This document shows positions 54,048 through 64,000 of a DNA stretch of 64,000 nt, in pieces. The DNA comes from Lama guanicoe (lineage: Eukaryota). The translations under genes were made by a program, and so were the position numbers. The notes under the pieces were generated by a model. The model made no database searches and was not told where the DNA came from. It saw only the letters and a program-made list of their open reading frames with translations. How positions within the stretch are numbered: the first letter of the stretch is position 1; each line of letters opens with the position of its first letter. Location of the stretch: positions 11,336,873 through 11,400,872 of the forward strand of contig MU053881.1 of assembly GCA_013239625.1 (NCBI GenBank), read 5' to 3'.

Positions 54048-56537
54048 ATACATTTTAATATGCTGTTTTTCTTACCTGTTCTATTTCTTTTTCCTTTCAC
54101 CTTCTGCCTTCTTTTGTATTGGTTAAAAAAGAAAAAGAAAAAAATACGTCCCTCAATATTTCCCTCTGATAGTTTGGAAGTTACGTATTCTTATTCTTTC
54201 TTTAAATGATAACCCAAAGAATAAAAATAGCTTTATTCTCTTCCATGGTGTCTTAAATTTCCTCATTCCTTGTTATCTGTGATACTGGGCTGGACATTAT
54301 GTTTGAAAAGTCATTTGCAGAATTATTTTAAGGTCAAAAATAATGTTACCTTCAGTTAAAGATGATCCTTTCGCTTAGTTTTGCTTGTATGCTTGCCTTT
54401 GTCAGCTACTTAGAAGAATTTTGAGACGTTCCAAAGTACCAAAATGTCACGAAGCTGAGAAGCAACCCTCACTTTGGACCACCTAGGTCTTTACGTTTTT
54501 CAAAAGCACAACAGCTCAGCTTCTTAGCCATCATATAGATGGGCAAATGCCTCCAGGTACATTTCCAAGACATTCACTTAGTTATACACACATACAAATA
54601 TACATATGCATGTACGTATGTTTGTATGTATGTGTGTGTGTGTGTGTGTCAGGCATTTTTAAAAAGGTTTTCAAATTTTCTTTTGGCATTGTAGTGTCTT
54701 CAGTTAGAGGGCTGGTAAGAACTAGCTAATCTTACTGGAAGAGAAAGTCCTTCAGTGTGTACTATTCCTATAGATGAAGTATATCATTTGAAAACATAAT
54801 TTAGGGATAAGAATTTTCTTGTTCCTTCTCCCTAAATAATGTCTTCTTTCCCTCCCTTAACTTAGTAATAATTTGTGTTATCACAGACCTGTTAACTATT
54901 TTTATGTATCTGGTTTCAGATATCATGATGTGTCTCAATAAATTCAAAATCCTCAGGTATAGAATGAATACATCTGTAGCTATATATGTCTTCTTGCATT
55001 CCCTTAGTCACTGGCAAACTGGTAAAGACAAGTTGCTCTGCACTGGGCAACAGTTCTCTGACACAGGTCCTCACAGGTATTAATGTCTTTATTTTATCTA
55101 TTCAAAGAATTAATAGATAAACAAAACTTTATGGGAAGCCATATTATTAAGTGTTTGGGGCACACAGCAATTTTCTCTCTGGTGCCTTAATGGCGTAACA
55201 CATGCTGGAAACTGTTTGTCTTTTTCTAATTAAAACGTAATTCAAAAGGAAACTATAAATGTAATGCACTGTTTTCTAAGTTATCCCTTAGGTGGTGTTA
55301 CTACCTGTGAATAGTTACTCAAGGCAGAAAACTTACCATTGAAATTTCTTACATTTATAGCATATGTCTCAAAGCATTCTGAAATACTTATAAGATTAAA
55401 ATTTTAGATAGTGGAAATATTTAATTTGACTTTTTTGAGGTAGAGAGTAAATATTCAACATGAGCTCTAACTTTTATTTTGAAAAAATTAAAAACACAAG
55501 GTAGTACAGAGAATAATTAGTAAATATTGCCATTAGTCTATAAATGCTTTTTATACATAAGAAAAGGAATTAACTTTACAGAAAAGTTATAGCTCCATTT
55601 CACTCTTAATCACAATTTAATTAAAAGCAACCTTTCCTGCTAATCACAAATGATGAATTTACTGTCCATTCTTATATTTATTTTACATTTTACACACACA
55701 CACAAATATATTATTATTATATTTTTATGCATCATCTTGCAACTTGCATTTTCCATTTAACATGCTGAGACTTCACCAAATTTTATAGTCAAGTCTCTTC
55801 TCATGTAGATTTTATGTTCTGCAACTTCAAAATTCTTTATTGGATACCTAAAAGTGTTTTGTCCTATTTTGAGTGGCTGCTTTCAGAATGCAAAAGTTCC
55901 AAAAGGTAGGTGGTTTTAGACAGACATACAATAATACCTCGACCTGTAACTACAGCACAAATAATGACCATAGCTCTGAAATGGGTTGATGGGAGTACTG
56001 CCAAAGTAAGACTTAGGAATTTAGAGAAACAAAGTTTTCAACTCTCCCTCTACTAAAGCACTCTAATTTTGATATTAAAATTCTATCATCAGAGCTTCAA
56101 ATAGCTTTGTGTGGAGACACTCCGATGAATTTTTTTTTAACAATGTTCCCTTGCTACCAGGTGTTTATGAGATTTTATTCCTAAGCCATTGCTTGATACA
56201 TAGTAAGTTTCTTTACTAAGTATCTGTTAAAAAAATTATTTTTCAAATGAACGTCACAGTTGAAAAAGAAAGAAAGAGAACATGTGACCAGAAGACACAA
56301 CCTGAATCCTTTCAAAATTCTATTAAAACTTCATTTGGGAAATGGGTTTCTAAACTAGGTTCAAAGATTTTCAATACAGAGTTTTTAAAAAATCAAATGT
56401 TCCATTCCAGCACAAAATTTTCTAAGTGCTACTAAAAGACAACAGTAATTTCACAGTAGTAGTTTAATAGAAAAATGATTTTTCTCAAATGATGTGAGTA
56501 ACTTGTATCTGATTTTCTATACTGAAAACCTTTCAGG

Positions 56538-57087
56538 TGAAAGAGAGCAGAATTGCCACCCCAAAATACACCTCTTTGGCTTAAGGATTATTTTAGGCTG
56601 ATTATTTTTTTAAAAAATAGTAGAAAGGACAGAAGCTTTGAAAATCAAGTAGAAGTTATTTTTTGTAAGAAAAATTTACATTTATAAAGGAAATCTCCAG
56701 TTGTAAGAGTGTCTTCTCCCTCCCTTTGCACCGGAAGGAAAGGATGCATCTATATTTCCAGAGAGTCTTATCGGAGAAAGCAATTATTTAAATCTGTACA
56801 ACAATTTTACCCTTGTTTACCATGCTTTTTTTGGTAACCTCCTATTACTGGCCTCCTTGCCTCACCCCACAATATTTTATTTTGTCTTCAGCTGGAGTTG
56901 CTATTTAAGGTGGCAGCTTGAAACATTTTGTGGAGTTACTCAGTTTTCTTGGGTATCTCCCTGTGTACAAGAGTTAAACATGCTATTAAGCTTTTGTTGG
57001 CTTTTCTGCTATTAATCTTTTTATTATAGAAGATGTCTCAGTCAAAAACCTAGAAGGGTGGAGAAAAAATTATTCTTCCTCCCCCAA
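56538..57087 (+). mobile_element. MER34-family ERV1 solo LTR
   Basis: TGAAAGAG...GCCACCCCAAAATACACCTCTTTGGCTTAAGGATTATTTTAGGCTGA through AACCTAGAAGGGTGGAGAAAAAATTATTCTTCCTCCCCCA. TG...CA termini. Confidence 0.82.
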
Positions 57088-57734
57088 AGTAAGTCCTATA
57101 AATATGTTTGTTTTTTATACAAGCTTGCAGTCTGATGGCTTTGTGTAGAATTACAAATATATATATATATTACAAATATAGTAAGTTTATTCACCGAGTA
57201 ATGTAAGTTTGTTCACCAAGGTTAGCAACTACACACAGAAATATAATAGCAGCTGGCTTAGACTTCACATATAAAAGTAGGAGTTACTATAAAACTTTGG
57301 AACTTGGAACTTACCCTATTGCTCCATTAAAATTCAGCAGTTCCTTCACTATTCTTAAGTATGTTTCTCAATTTCCAAATACTTATTTTTTCCCCAGTAG
57401 TTTTTCATATTACCTAAATTTCTGCCACCATCTTAGATTCCTACACAAGTCTTTATGGTGTTCTCAGTGCTGTATATTTAAGAATTATTCAACTTATTCA
57501 TTATATACTTTCTTTGCTGGAATTTTTGTATATCTCAAAAGTAAGAAATATGGTAAGAAAAAGGAAATTTACTAATACAAGATTGAGGATCTATAACTCC
57601 ATGGCCTAGGAAGTATCTAATTAATATTCCTTTCAAAATCTAATATTAAGTGAAAAAATACTGTGGTTTCAAACTTTCTATCTTTTAACATGTGCTCTAA
57701 TACTTCAAATGTCAAACATTTAAAAATAATGTTA

Positions 57735-58800
57735 AAATAATTTGTTTATTTCTACCAAAATACATAGCTTGTACACAGCTTAAAAAGTTGGATACTATTT
57801 CTAAGCTTACAATTAAAAACAGCTCACCACTTTACCCATCCTTCCCTTTCTCATATTACTACACAGAAGTAGGTGCTTTCAACTCTAATTCTTCAATGCT
57901 CTTTCTGGATCCACAATTTTAGAAATCATATATTGAATTCCTAACACAGAAGATGAGGATATGGATTGATTATACTCCTCAGATGTGTGTATACACGTAC
58001 CTACATACTTTCCGTTGCTGCATACATCTGCAATAGTTGAATACATTTTTAATTAAATGAAGAGTCAGTTTAACTTGTGTTTCTGTAATCGTGTAAATAA
58101 GATTATCATTTCATTCCTTGAGAAACTTTCTTTTCTAAAGGGGATAAATCCTGATTTTTGCGTTTGCTTACTTTTTAAATATTCATATTTAATTCAGTTC
58201 CAAACTTGCTAAGAAAATACTAGAATTTCTCTCAGCATAGATAAACAGGTTGAGACTGGTTGTACCCTAGGCAAGCCACACAGCTATTGTGAAACTTTCC
58301 TTGAGTATCAAATTTAAATTCTATTTGCATTTTTCTTGGGTTGATTCTGCTCTTTTATGGGTTCTGTTCTCCCTCTCCTCTTCCCTCCTCCACCTCTTTC
58401 TTCTTAGTTTGCCACACTATTTCATTGGATTCCTCTATTAGTTTCCCCTAATGGTGTTTTAGAAGTAACTTTAAAAAAAATTTTATGCAAAAATTACTTT
58501 AATTCAACTTTCATCTCCTCTTGTCACTTGGCTAATCCAAATAATCCATGCTGTTATTTGCCTAACAACAGCCTTTTAGCTTCTGGTATCATTAAGAAGT
58601 CCAGTGCTTTTCAGATCCTTGATCTTTTCTGCAACCCTGGTATTCTAACATATCATATAATGCTATATCTAGTGTGGTTACTTCACTGAATTTCTGAGAC
58701 GCTGGTGAATATGTTTAATATAAAAAGTCATGTCCCTCAGTTGTGGAAAATCTTACTGAGGAAAATATCCCTGATATTTTTTTCCATTATTTTCACTAAT
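57735..58800 (-). mobile_element. Ancient antisense L1-related fragment (possibly HAL1-like)
   Basis: An L1ME-like antisense 3' terminus is followed within ~0.7 kb by antisense ORF1-like motifs (CTTTTAGCTTCTGGT...AGAAGTCCAGTGC...TTGATCTTTT), with no visible ORF2. Confidence 0.4.
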
Positions 58801-59390
58801 CTTCCTTTTTCCTTTCCTTTCTTTTTCCTTTTCTTTCTTCCTTCCCATCTACCTGTCTGCCTTCCTTTCTTCCTAACTTTGTGAGAACATTACTCTTTTT
58901 TTCTAGCTCCTAGCCTTTTAGCTCTCCAGATCTGCCTTTGTTTCTGTTCATTTCTGTTTTCTCCCAGACTCTTGACTCTTGTCAAGTCATTGATCTTCCA
59001 GATACAGTTTCAATACTTTTAGATAAGGTAAAGCTGATTTCTATTCTTGCAACCAAGGCAAGAGCTCTAAATTATATACCAAGAGTGTTAACAGTAAACA
59101 GATATATTAAGATTGATTACATATAAAATTATATACTTATATGTAAATATATAATTATATATATATAATTCTTTCAATAAGAAAAGAAAATGTAAGAATC
59201 ATTCTTGAAGTTAAAAATGTGTCGTAACATATTGCTTTGATGCTGACAGCAACAGGTACAAAAATAACTGCCTTAAAACCAAAGAGTTTTAATCACAGAT
59301 AAAGAGAAAATTAAAATATAAGTATTTCTTTGAAATACGTGTAGTACATTGTACAGGAACTATACCACAATAAAGGTGTTTAAAAAAAAA

Positions 59391-59596
59391 CACTACAATC
59401 CAAATTTCAAAAATTTCCATCACCCTCAAAAGATGCTGCCTGTCCACTGACAGTCAATTCGCAGTCTCACTCTCAACCAACCCCAGGCAACTACTGATCT
59501 GCTTCCTGTCCCTATAAATTGCTCTTGTCTGGACATTTCATGGAAATAAGATCATACAAAATGTAATCTTCTGCATCTTACTTCTTTCACTTAACT
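59391..59596 (-). mobile_element. L1MB-like 3' UTR fragment
   Basis: AATTTCCATCACCCTCAAAAGA...CCCCAGGCAACTACTGATCTGCTTCCTGTCCCTATA...TCTGGACATTTCAT...CTTCTTTCACTTA. Confidence 0.85.
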
Positions 59597-59661
59597 TTTT
59601 GTTTCCCTTTTGTTTTTGAGGTGCACACATTACTTACAATAAAAGAGATCATTTATTAAAA

Positions 59662-59738
59662 ATATATGTATATATGTATTTCATATCCATATATATATGT
59701 ATTTCATATATACACATATATATGTATTTCATATCCAT
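59662..59738. repeat. AT-rich tandem repeat (ATATGTATTTCATAT units)
   Basis: ATATGTATTTCATAT occurs three times, separated by (TA)n/CA spacers. Confidence 0.85.
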
Positions 59739-60564
59739 GAAACGAAAGTAATTGGGCTTGGAATTTCATTCCAATTTACAGGATTTATTTGCTTTGGAAA
59801 GGAACTTTTGTTTTAGTTCTAAAATATTTTCTTTTGTACTAAATGATAAATACTTTTATTTTTATCATTCTAGTATTAAAACAAATTATTTAGGATGATT
59901 ATACACTGCGTTACAATGAAGATTAATTCTGAGAGATACAGCATGCTGCTTTACTCTGCAAGTATGGAAATAATCCATGGTATATTTCAAATTCACCCCT
60001 GAGGCTATTTTAAAGTTCCAATTTAAAATACAGCTTTTATATTCTATGTCTTGGTATAAACAAAATTATGTTTAATTTTATTGAAGATGCTTTATTGTTT
60101 AATGATGCTGTTAAACAATGATGTTCTGTTATGCCATCAGTAAAAACATTACATTACGTTGGTATAATTGTCACCAATTATATATTGTAAAATGCAAATA
60201 TATTTTCTCACTTTTACTAACTGAAATTACTCTGCACAGCTTAAGACTAAGGTGTATATTGTACTGAAGATATGACAAAATTAAAGTAAAACATGTAATT
60301 AATTCCTTTAATGACTTACTTTATACTTTCTTTATGTATGTCAGAAACCTAGTGGCAATGGATACTATGATAAGAGATCATTAGTTTTTAATGTTCCATT
60401 TTTTCCATCTAAGAACAACTAGAATGATTTCTGTGATTGAGTTTTACTTTCTCCAGGTTAATTTCAATATTCCTTACAAACTAAAAAAAAATATTTGAAT
60501 GGTTATTTAATTATTGTGGAAATTATTAACATTTACTCTAACAGGACATTACATTATACTGTAC

Positions 60565-63500
60565 AGGATATCAGCAGGAATCGAGGAGTAAGAAACTAAG
60601 AAATCTTCTCTATAAGTGCAAAGAGAACAGTAGAAAAATTGTCAAAATCAACTTTTTCAGAACTCTGAAGCTAACTAAAGGTCTTCAAAAACTAGGGAGT
60701 GTTTAATCAAAACTTCAGCTGAATTTTGGCAAAAATAGTGAGCTCTGTGCCATTTTAACTTGCTCTATTTCCATCCCTATCTTCACTGTGGTAGACTTGA
60801 AACCCAGCAGTTTAGGAGACACTGGGGGGAGAGAGGGAGGTGTTGATCATAGCTGAAGAATCTCCAATGCCCCATTCTCAATGATCTGTCATTATTTGAC
60901 CTGTCTGGAAATTTCATGGAAAGCTTCACTTACAATACTTGTATTTATTTGATTAACTGAGAGATCACCCACTGAAAACAGCCTTTTTCTTGGAGGCATT
61001 TGCATAAACAATCAGCGGCAAGTGTTTAACATTACAGATATCTGAGATAACTAAAAGAGTTGAGAGAAAAGAGAGAGAGGAAAAAGAAAAAGAAAACAAT
61101 TATCAAAAGCATATAAAAAGAAAATATTGGAGAATAAGTTGTCCAAAGGGGAGGATTAAAAGCTCTAACATATTCCTGTGAATCTAGAAGGCCATATGCA
61201 TTCATAGGGGTATGTAAGCAAGAGTAGGATACTGCATATACTCAGGAAAGAGAAGAACCTAAACTCTCGTCTTCAGTTGTTCTTGAGGCTATGCACAAGT
61301 AGGAATAGAAGAATAAGGCAAAATTGTAAACTATCAATCTGAACACTAACTGTATGCTCCAACATAATTAAAGAGATTCCTTACATAGGGAATCTCTATG
61401 GGAGACTTACTGCAAACAGGCATTTAAAGAAATCTCTTTGCATTTATTATCTCACTATTAAGCTAACTGAGAAACAGTTACAGTGATCGCACACAAAAGA
61501 AAACACAAACTTCACAAAATTACCTCAATGAAGTCACTAAACAAACGAAAAAGCAGTAACAACAAACCCAGTGCAGTAGGAGAAACGTTTCTAAAGTTAA
61601 CACATCATAATATTCAAATTATCCAGTTTTCTATTAAAAAAGAGAGAGAGAGAGAAATACAAAGAAAAAAGAATGTAGGACTCACTCAATGAAAAAAATT
61701 AATTAACAGAAATTGTCCCTGCGGAGACTCAGGTATTAGACTTACTAGACACACACTCTAAATAGACTGCCTGAATGTGTTCAAGATGCTAATAAAAATC
61801 ACCGATAAAAAATAAAGTAAACTAGAAGAACAATCTTTTGCCAAAAAGAAAATATCAATAAAGAGGTAGAAATTATGAAAAGAAAACAAACAAAAATTGT
61901 GGAGCTGAAAAGCGTGATAACTGAACTGAAAAATTCACTACGTAGGTTCAACAGCATATTTAAGCAGGCAGAAGGAAGGATTAATGAAACTGAAGATAAA
62001 TCAACTGAGATTACCCAGTCTGAGAAACAGAAAAAAGAATGAATGACGAAAAATAAACGGAGCCTTAAAAGGTCTGTGGAATACCATCAAGCATACAAAA
62101 ATATGCATAATAGAAGTCCCAAAAGGAAAAAAGAGAGACAGGGGGACAGAAAAAAATACTTGAATTAATAATGGTGGAAACTTTTCAAAAAAATGATAAA
62201 CAATGATCTACATATACAAGAACTTTAACAAATTCCAATTAGGGTAAATGTAAAGAAATTCTTACCCATACACATTATACTGGCAAAAGCCAAGAAAAAG
62301 AGATAATCCTGAAAACAGCAAGTGAGAAACCAGTTATCAGGTACAAGGGATCCTCAGTCTTTAACAGCAGATCTTTCATGAGAAACCACTGAGGCCAGAA
62401 CACAGTAGAGTGACATATTCAAAATGCTAAAATTAAAAAAAAAAAGTCAACTAAATATCCTACATCTGGCAAAACTATCCCTCAAAAATAAAGGAAAATT
62501 TAAAGGATTATAAATCAATAAAAAATGTTAAAAAAAAATAAAGGAAAATTTAAAGCATTCTGAGATAAACAAAAACTCAGAGATTTGTTACTTGCCCTAT
62601 AACAAAGGCTAACAGAGTCCTTTAGGCTGAAGTAAAAGGACATTAGGCAGCTACATTAATCACCATAAGATATGAAGCACACCAGTAAATATAACTACAT
62701 AGATAAATATAAATGGACAATATAAATGTAGTTTTTCTTGGTAACATCTTTCTTCTTGTATCCGATTTAAGACAACTTCATAAAAAGGTAACTAAAAACT
62801 TCAGTGTTGATGGACAGTCGGTGTGTAAGGATGTAATTCATATGACAATAACACAAAAGAGGTGAATGGTGCTGCATAGAAGAAATGTATTTCTATACTA
62901 TTAAAATTAAGTTGTATTTATCTGAACTAGATTGCTGTAATTTGAGATGTTAATTTTGGTTCCCAAGTCAACCACTAAGAAAATAACTCAGGATATATAG
63001 TAAAACAAATGACAAGGAAATTAAAATGGTATACTAGAAATAACTATTTAACAAAAAAAGAAGGGAGAAAAGGAAGAACAGAGGAACAAAAAAACATAAG
63101 ATATATACAAAAAACAACAAAACGGGAGAGATAGACCATAACTTATCAGTAATCACATTCAATGTAAATAATTAAACCCTCAAGTCAAATGCAGATATCA
63201 GGAGAAAAGATTTTTTTAAGTTTTAAATATATTATATCCACAAAAAACATACTTTAAATTAAATTGAAAAAAACCCAAATAGGTAGAAAGTAAAATGATC
63301 AAAAAAGAATACCATCCAAATAGCAAGCAAAGAGAGCAGGAATGGTTACACATTCAAAAAATAGACTTTAAGATAAAAATTGTTACTAGAGAGAAATAAG
63401 GACATTTTATATTGGTAAAGTTGGCAATCCATCAAGAAGATATAACAATTACAAACATCTGCAACTAATAACAAATACCCTAAGTACATGAAGCAAAAAC

Positions 63501-64000
63501 TGACAAGCCTAAAGAGATACATAGATAAATGAACAATAATAGTTGGATACTTTAATACCCTACTTTAAACTACAAGCACTACACTCACTGACAGCAAAAG
63601 ATACAGTCTTTTCAAGTGCACATAAAACATTCTCCATTATAGATGATATGCTAGGCCATAAAACAAACCTCAGTAGGTTTAAAAGGACTGCAATATATAA
63701 AAGTATTTCCTCTGAACATAATGGAATGAAATTAGAAATCAAAAACAGAAAGATAATCTGAGAAATTCACAAGTATACTGAAATTAAAGAACACATTCTA
63801 AAATAACTAATGTACGTAATAAATCAGTGAAATTCAGTAAAATTTTAAAATATTTTCAGACAAATGAAAACAAAAACACAATGTACCAAAACATATGGAT
63901 GGAATGAAAGCAGTGACTAGAGGAAAATGTATAGCTTTAAATTCCTATATTAATTTCTACATGAAACTCTTAAAATAAAGATCTCAAATCAATAATCTAA
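60565..64000 (+). mobile_element. 5' half of an old LINE-1 (L1MC/MD-type 5' UTR, ORF1, ORF2 endonuclease), continuing past the window
   Basis: 5' UTR motif AAAATCAACTTTTTCAGAACTCTG. ORF1 remnants at ~61700-62640 (IVELKSVITELKNSL, ILKTASEK, LTADLS). Endonuclease from ~63140: LSVITFNV, IHQEDITI, TIIVGYFNTLL and FSSAHKTFSIIDDMLGHK...SEHNGMKLEI (ORF 63543..63761). Confidence 0.92.
62506..62533 (+). mobile_element. 28-nt L1 3'-terminal micro-insertion with a 22-bp TSD
   Basis: GATTATAAATCAATAAAAAATGTTAAAA is flanked by identical AAAAATAAAGGAAAATTTAAAG (62484-62505 and 62534-62555) and matches 27033-27060 at 27/28 positions. Confidence 0.85.

Larger units (their letters stand above)
50160..54740 (-). 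mobile_element. Ancient antisense L1 (L1M/L1ME-like) hosting nested LTRs and an L1MA
   Basis: Antisense ORF2-like motifs (TCTATTGAGATAGTCAG, ATTCAGGTTTTCTATTTCTT, AAGGCTATTAATTTTCCCTAAGCA, TTGTAAATATTT...ATTCTGCAGTTG). Heavily fragmented. Confidence 0.72.

Noticed and set aside
57150..57220. Adjacent short direct repeats (ATTACAAATAT x2; GTAAGTTT.TTCACC.AG x2) that superficially resemble repeat-spacer structure
   Set aside because: Only two copies each in eukaryotic DNA; these are local slippage duplications, not a CRISPR-like array.
61700..64000. Possibly active L1 ORF1/ORF2
   Set aside because: Broken into short frames. Conserved endonuclease motifs are altered (GDFN to GYFN, SDH to SEH) and an internal segment appears deleted near 63580.
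1..64000. tRNA, rRNA, snRNA, snoRNA, miRNA genes, processed pseudogenes, or prokaryote-type systems
   Set aside because: None recognised by eye on either strand. Small or divergent RNAs cannot be excluded without an Infernal/Rfam search.

Overview
AT-rich, CpG-poor placental-mammal genomic DNA that looks like a large intron or a gene desert. I can recognise no protein-coding exon, RNA gene or CpG island. Roughly half the window is decayed transposable elements: LINE-1 of several ages, LINE-2, MIR, MaLR/ERVL/ERV1 LTRs, the hAT MITEs MER5A and MER58A, and a near-full-length Tigger1. The youngest L1 3' ends resemble cetartiodactyl (probably camelid) L1, and I saw no Alu, Bov-tA/BovB or PRE-1; the species call is inference. 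Every ORF-track entry I can recognise is a piece of L1 ORF2 or of the Tigger1 transposase. I found no convincing new biological system. The best-supported observations are retrotransposition events readable from the sequence: a 28-nt L1 tail insertion with a perfect 22-bp TSD, a twin-primed 5'-inverted L1 with a perfect 12-bp TSD, an ORF1 fragment embedded in an L1 ORF2 between 23-bp direct repeats, and several nested insertions. A few candidate exons and enhancers in unique DNA are reported at low confidence. Repeat subfamily names come from remembered consensus motifs, and most repeat boundaries are approximate.
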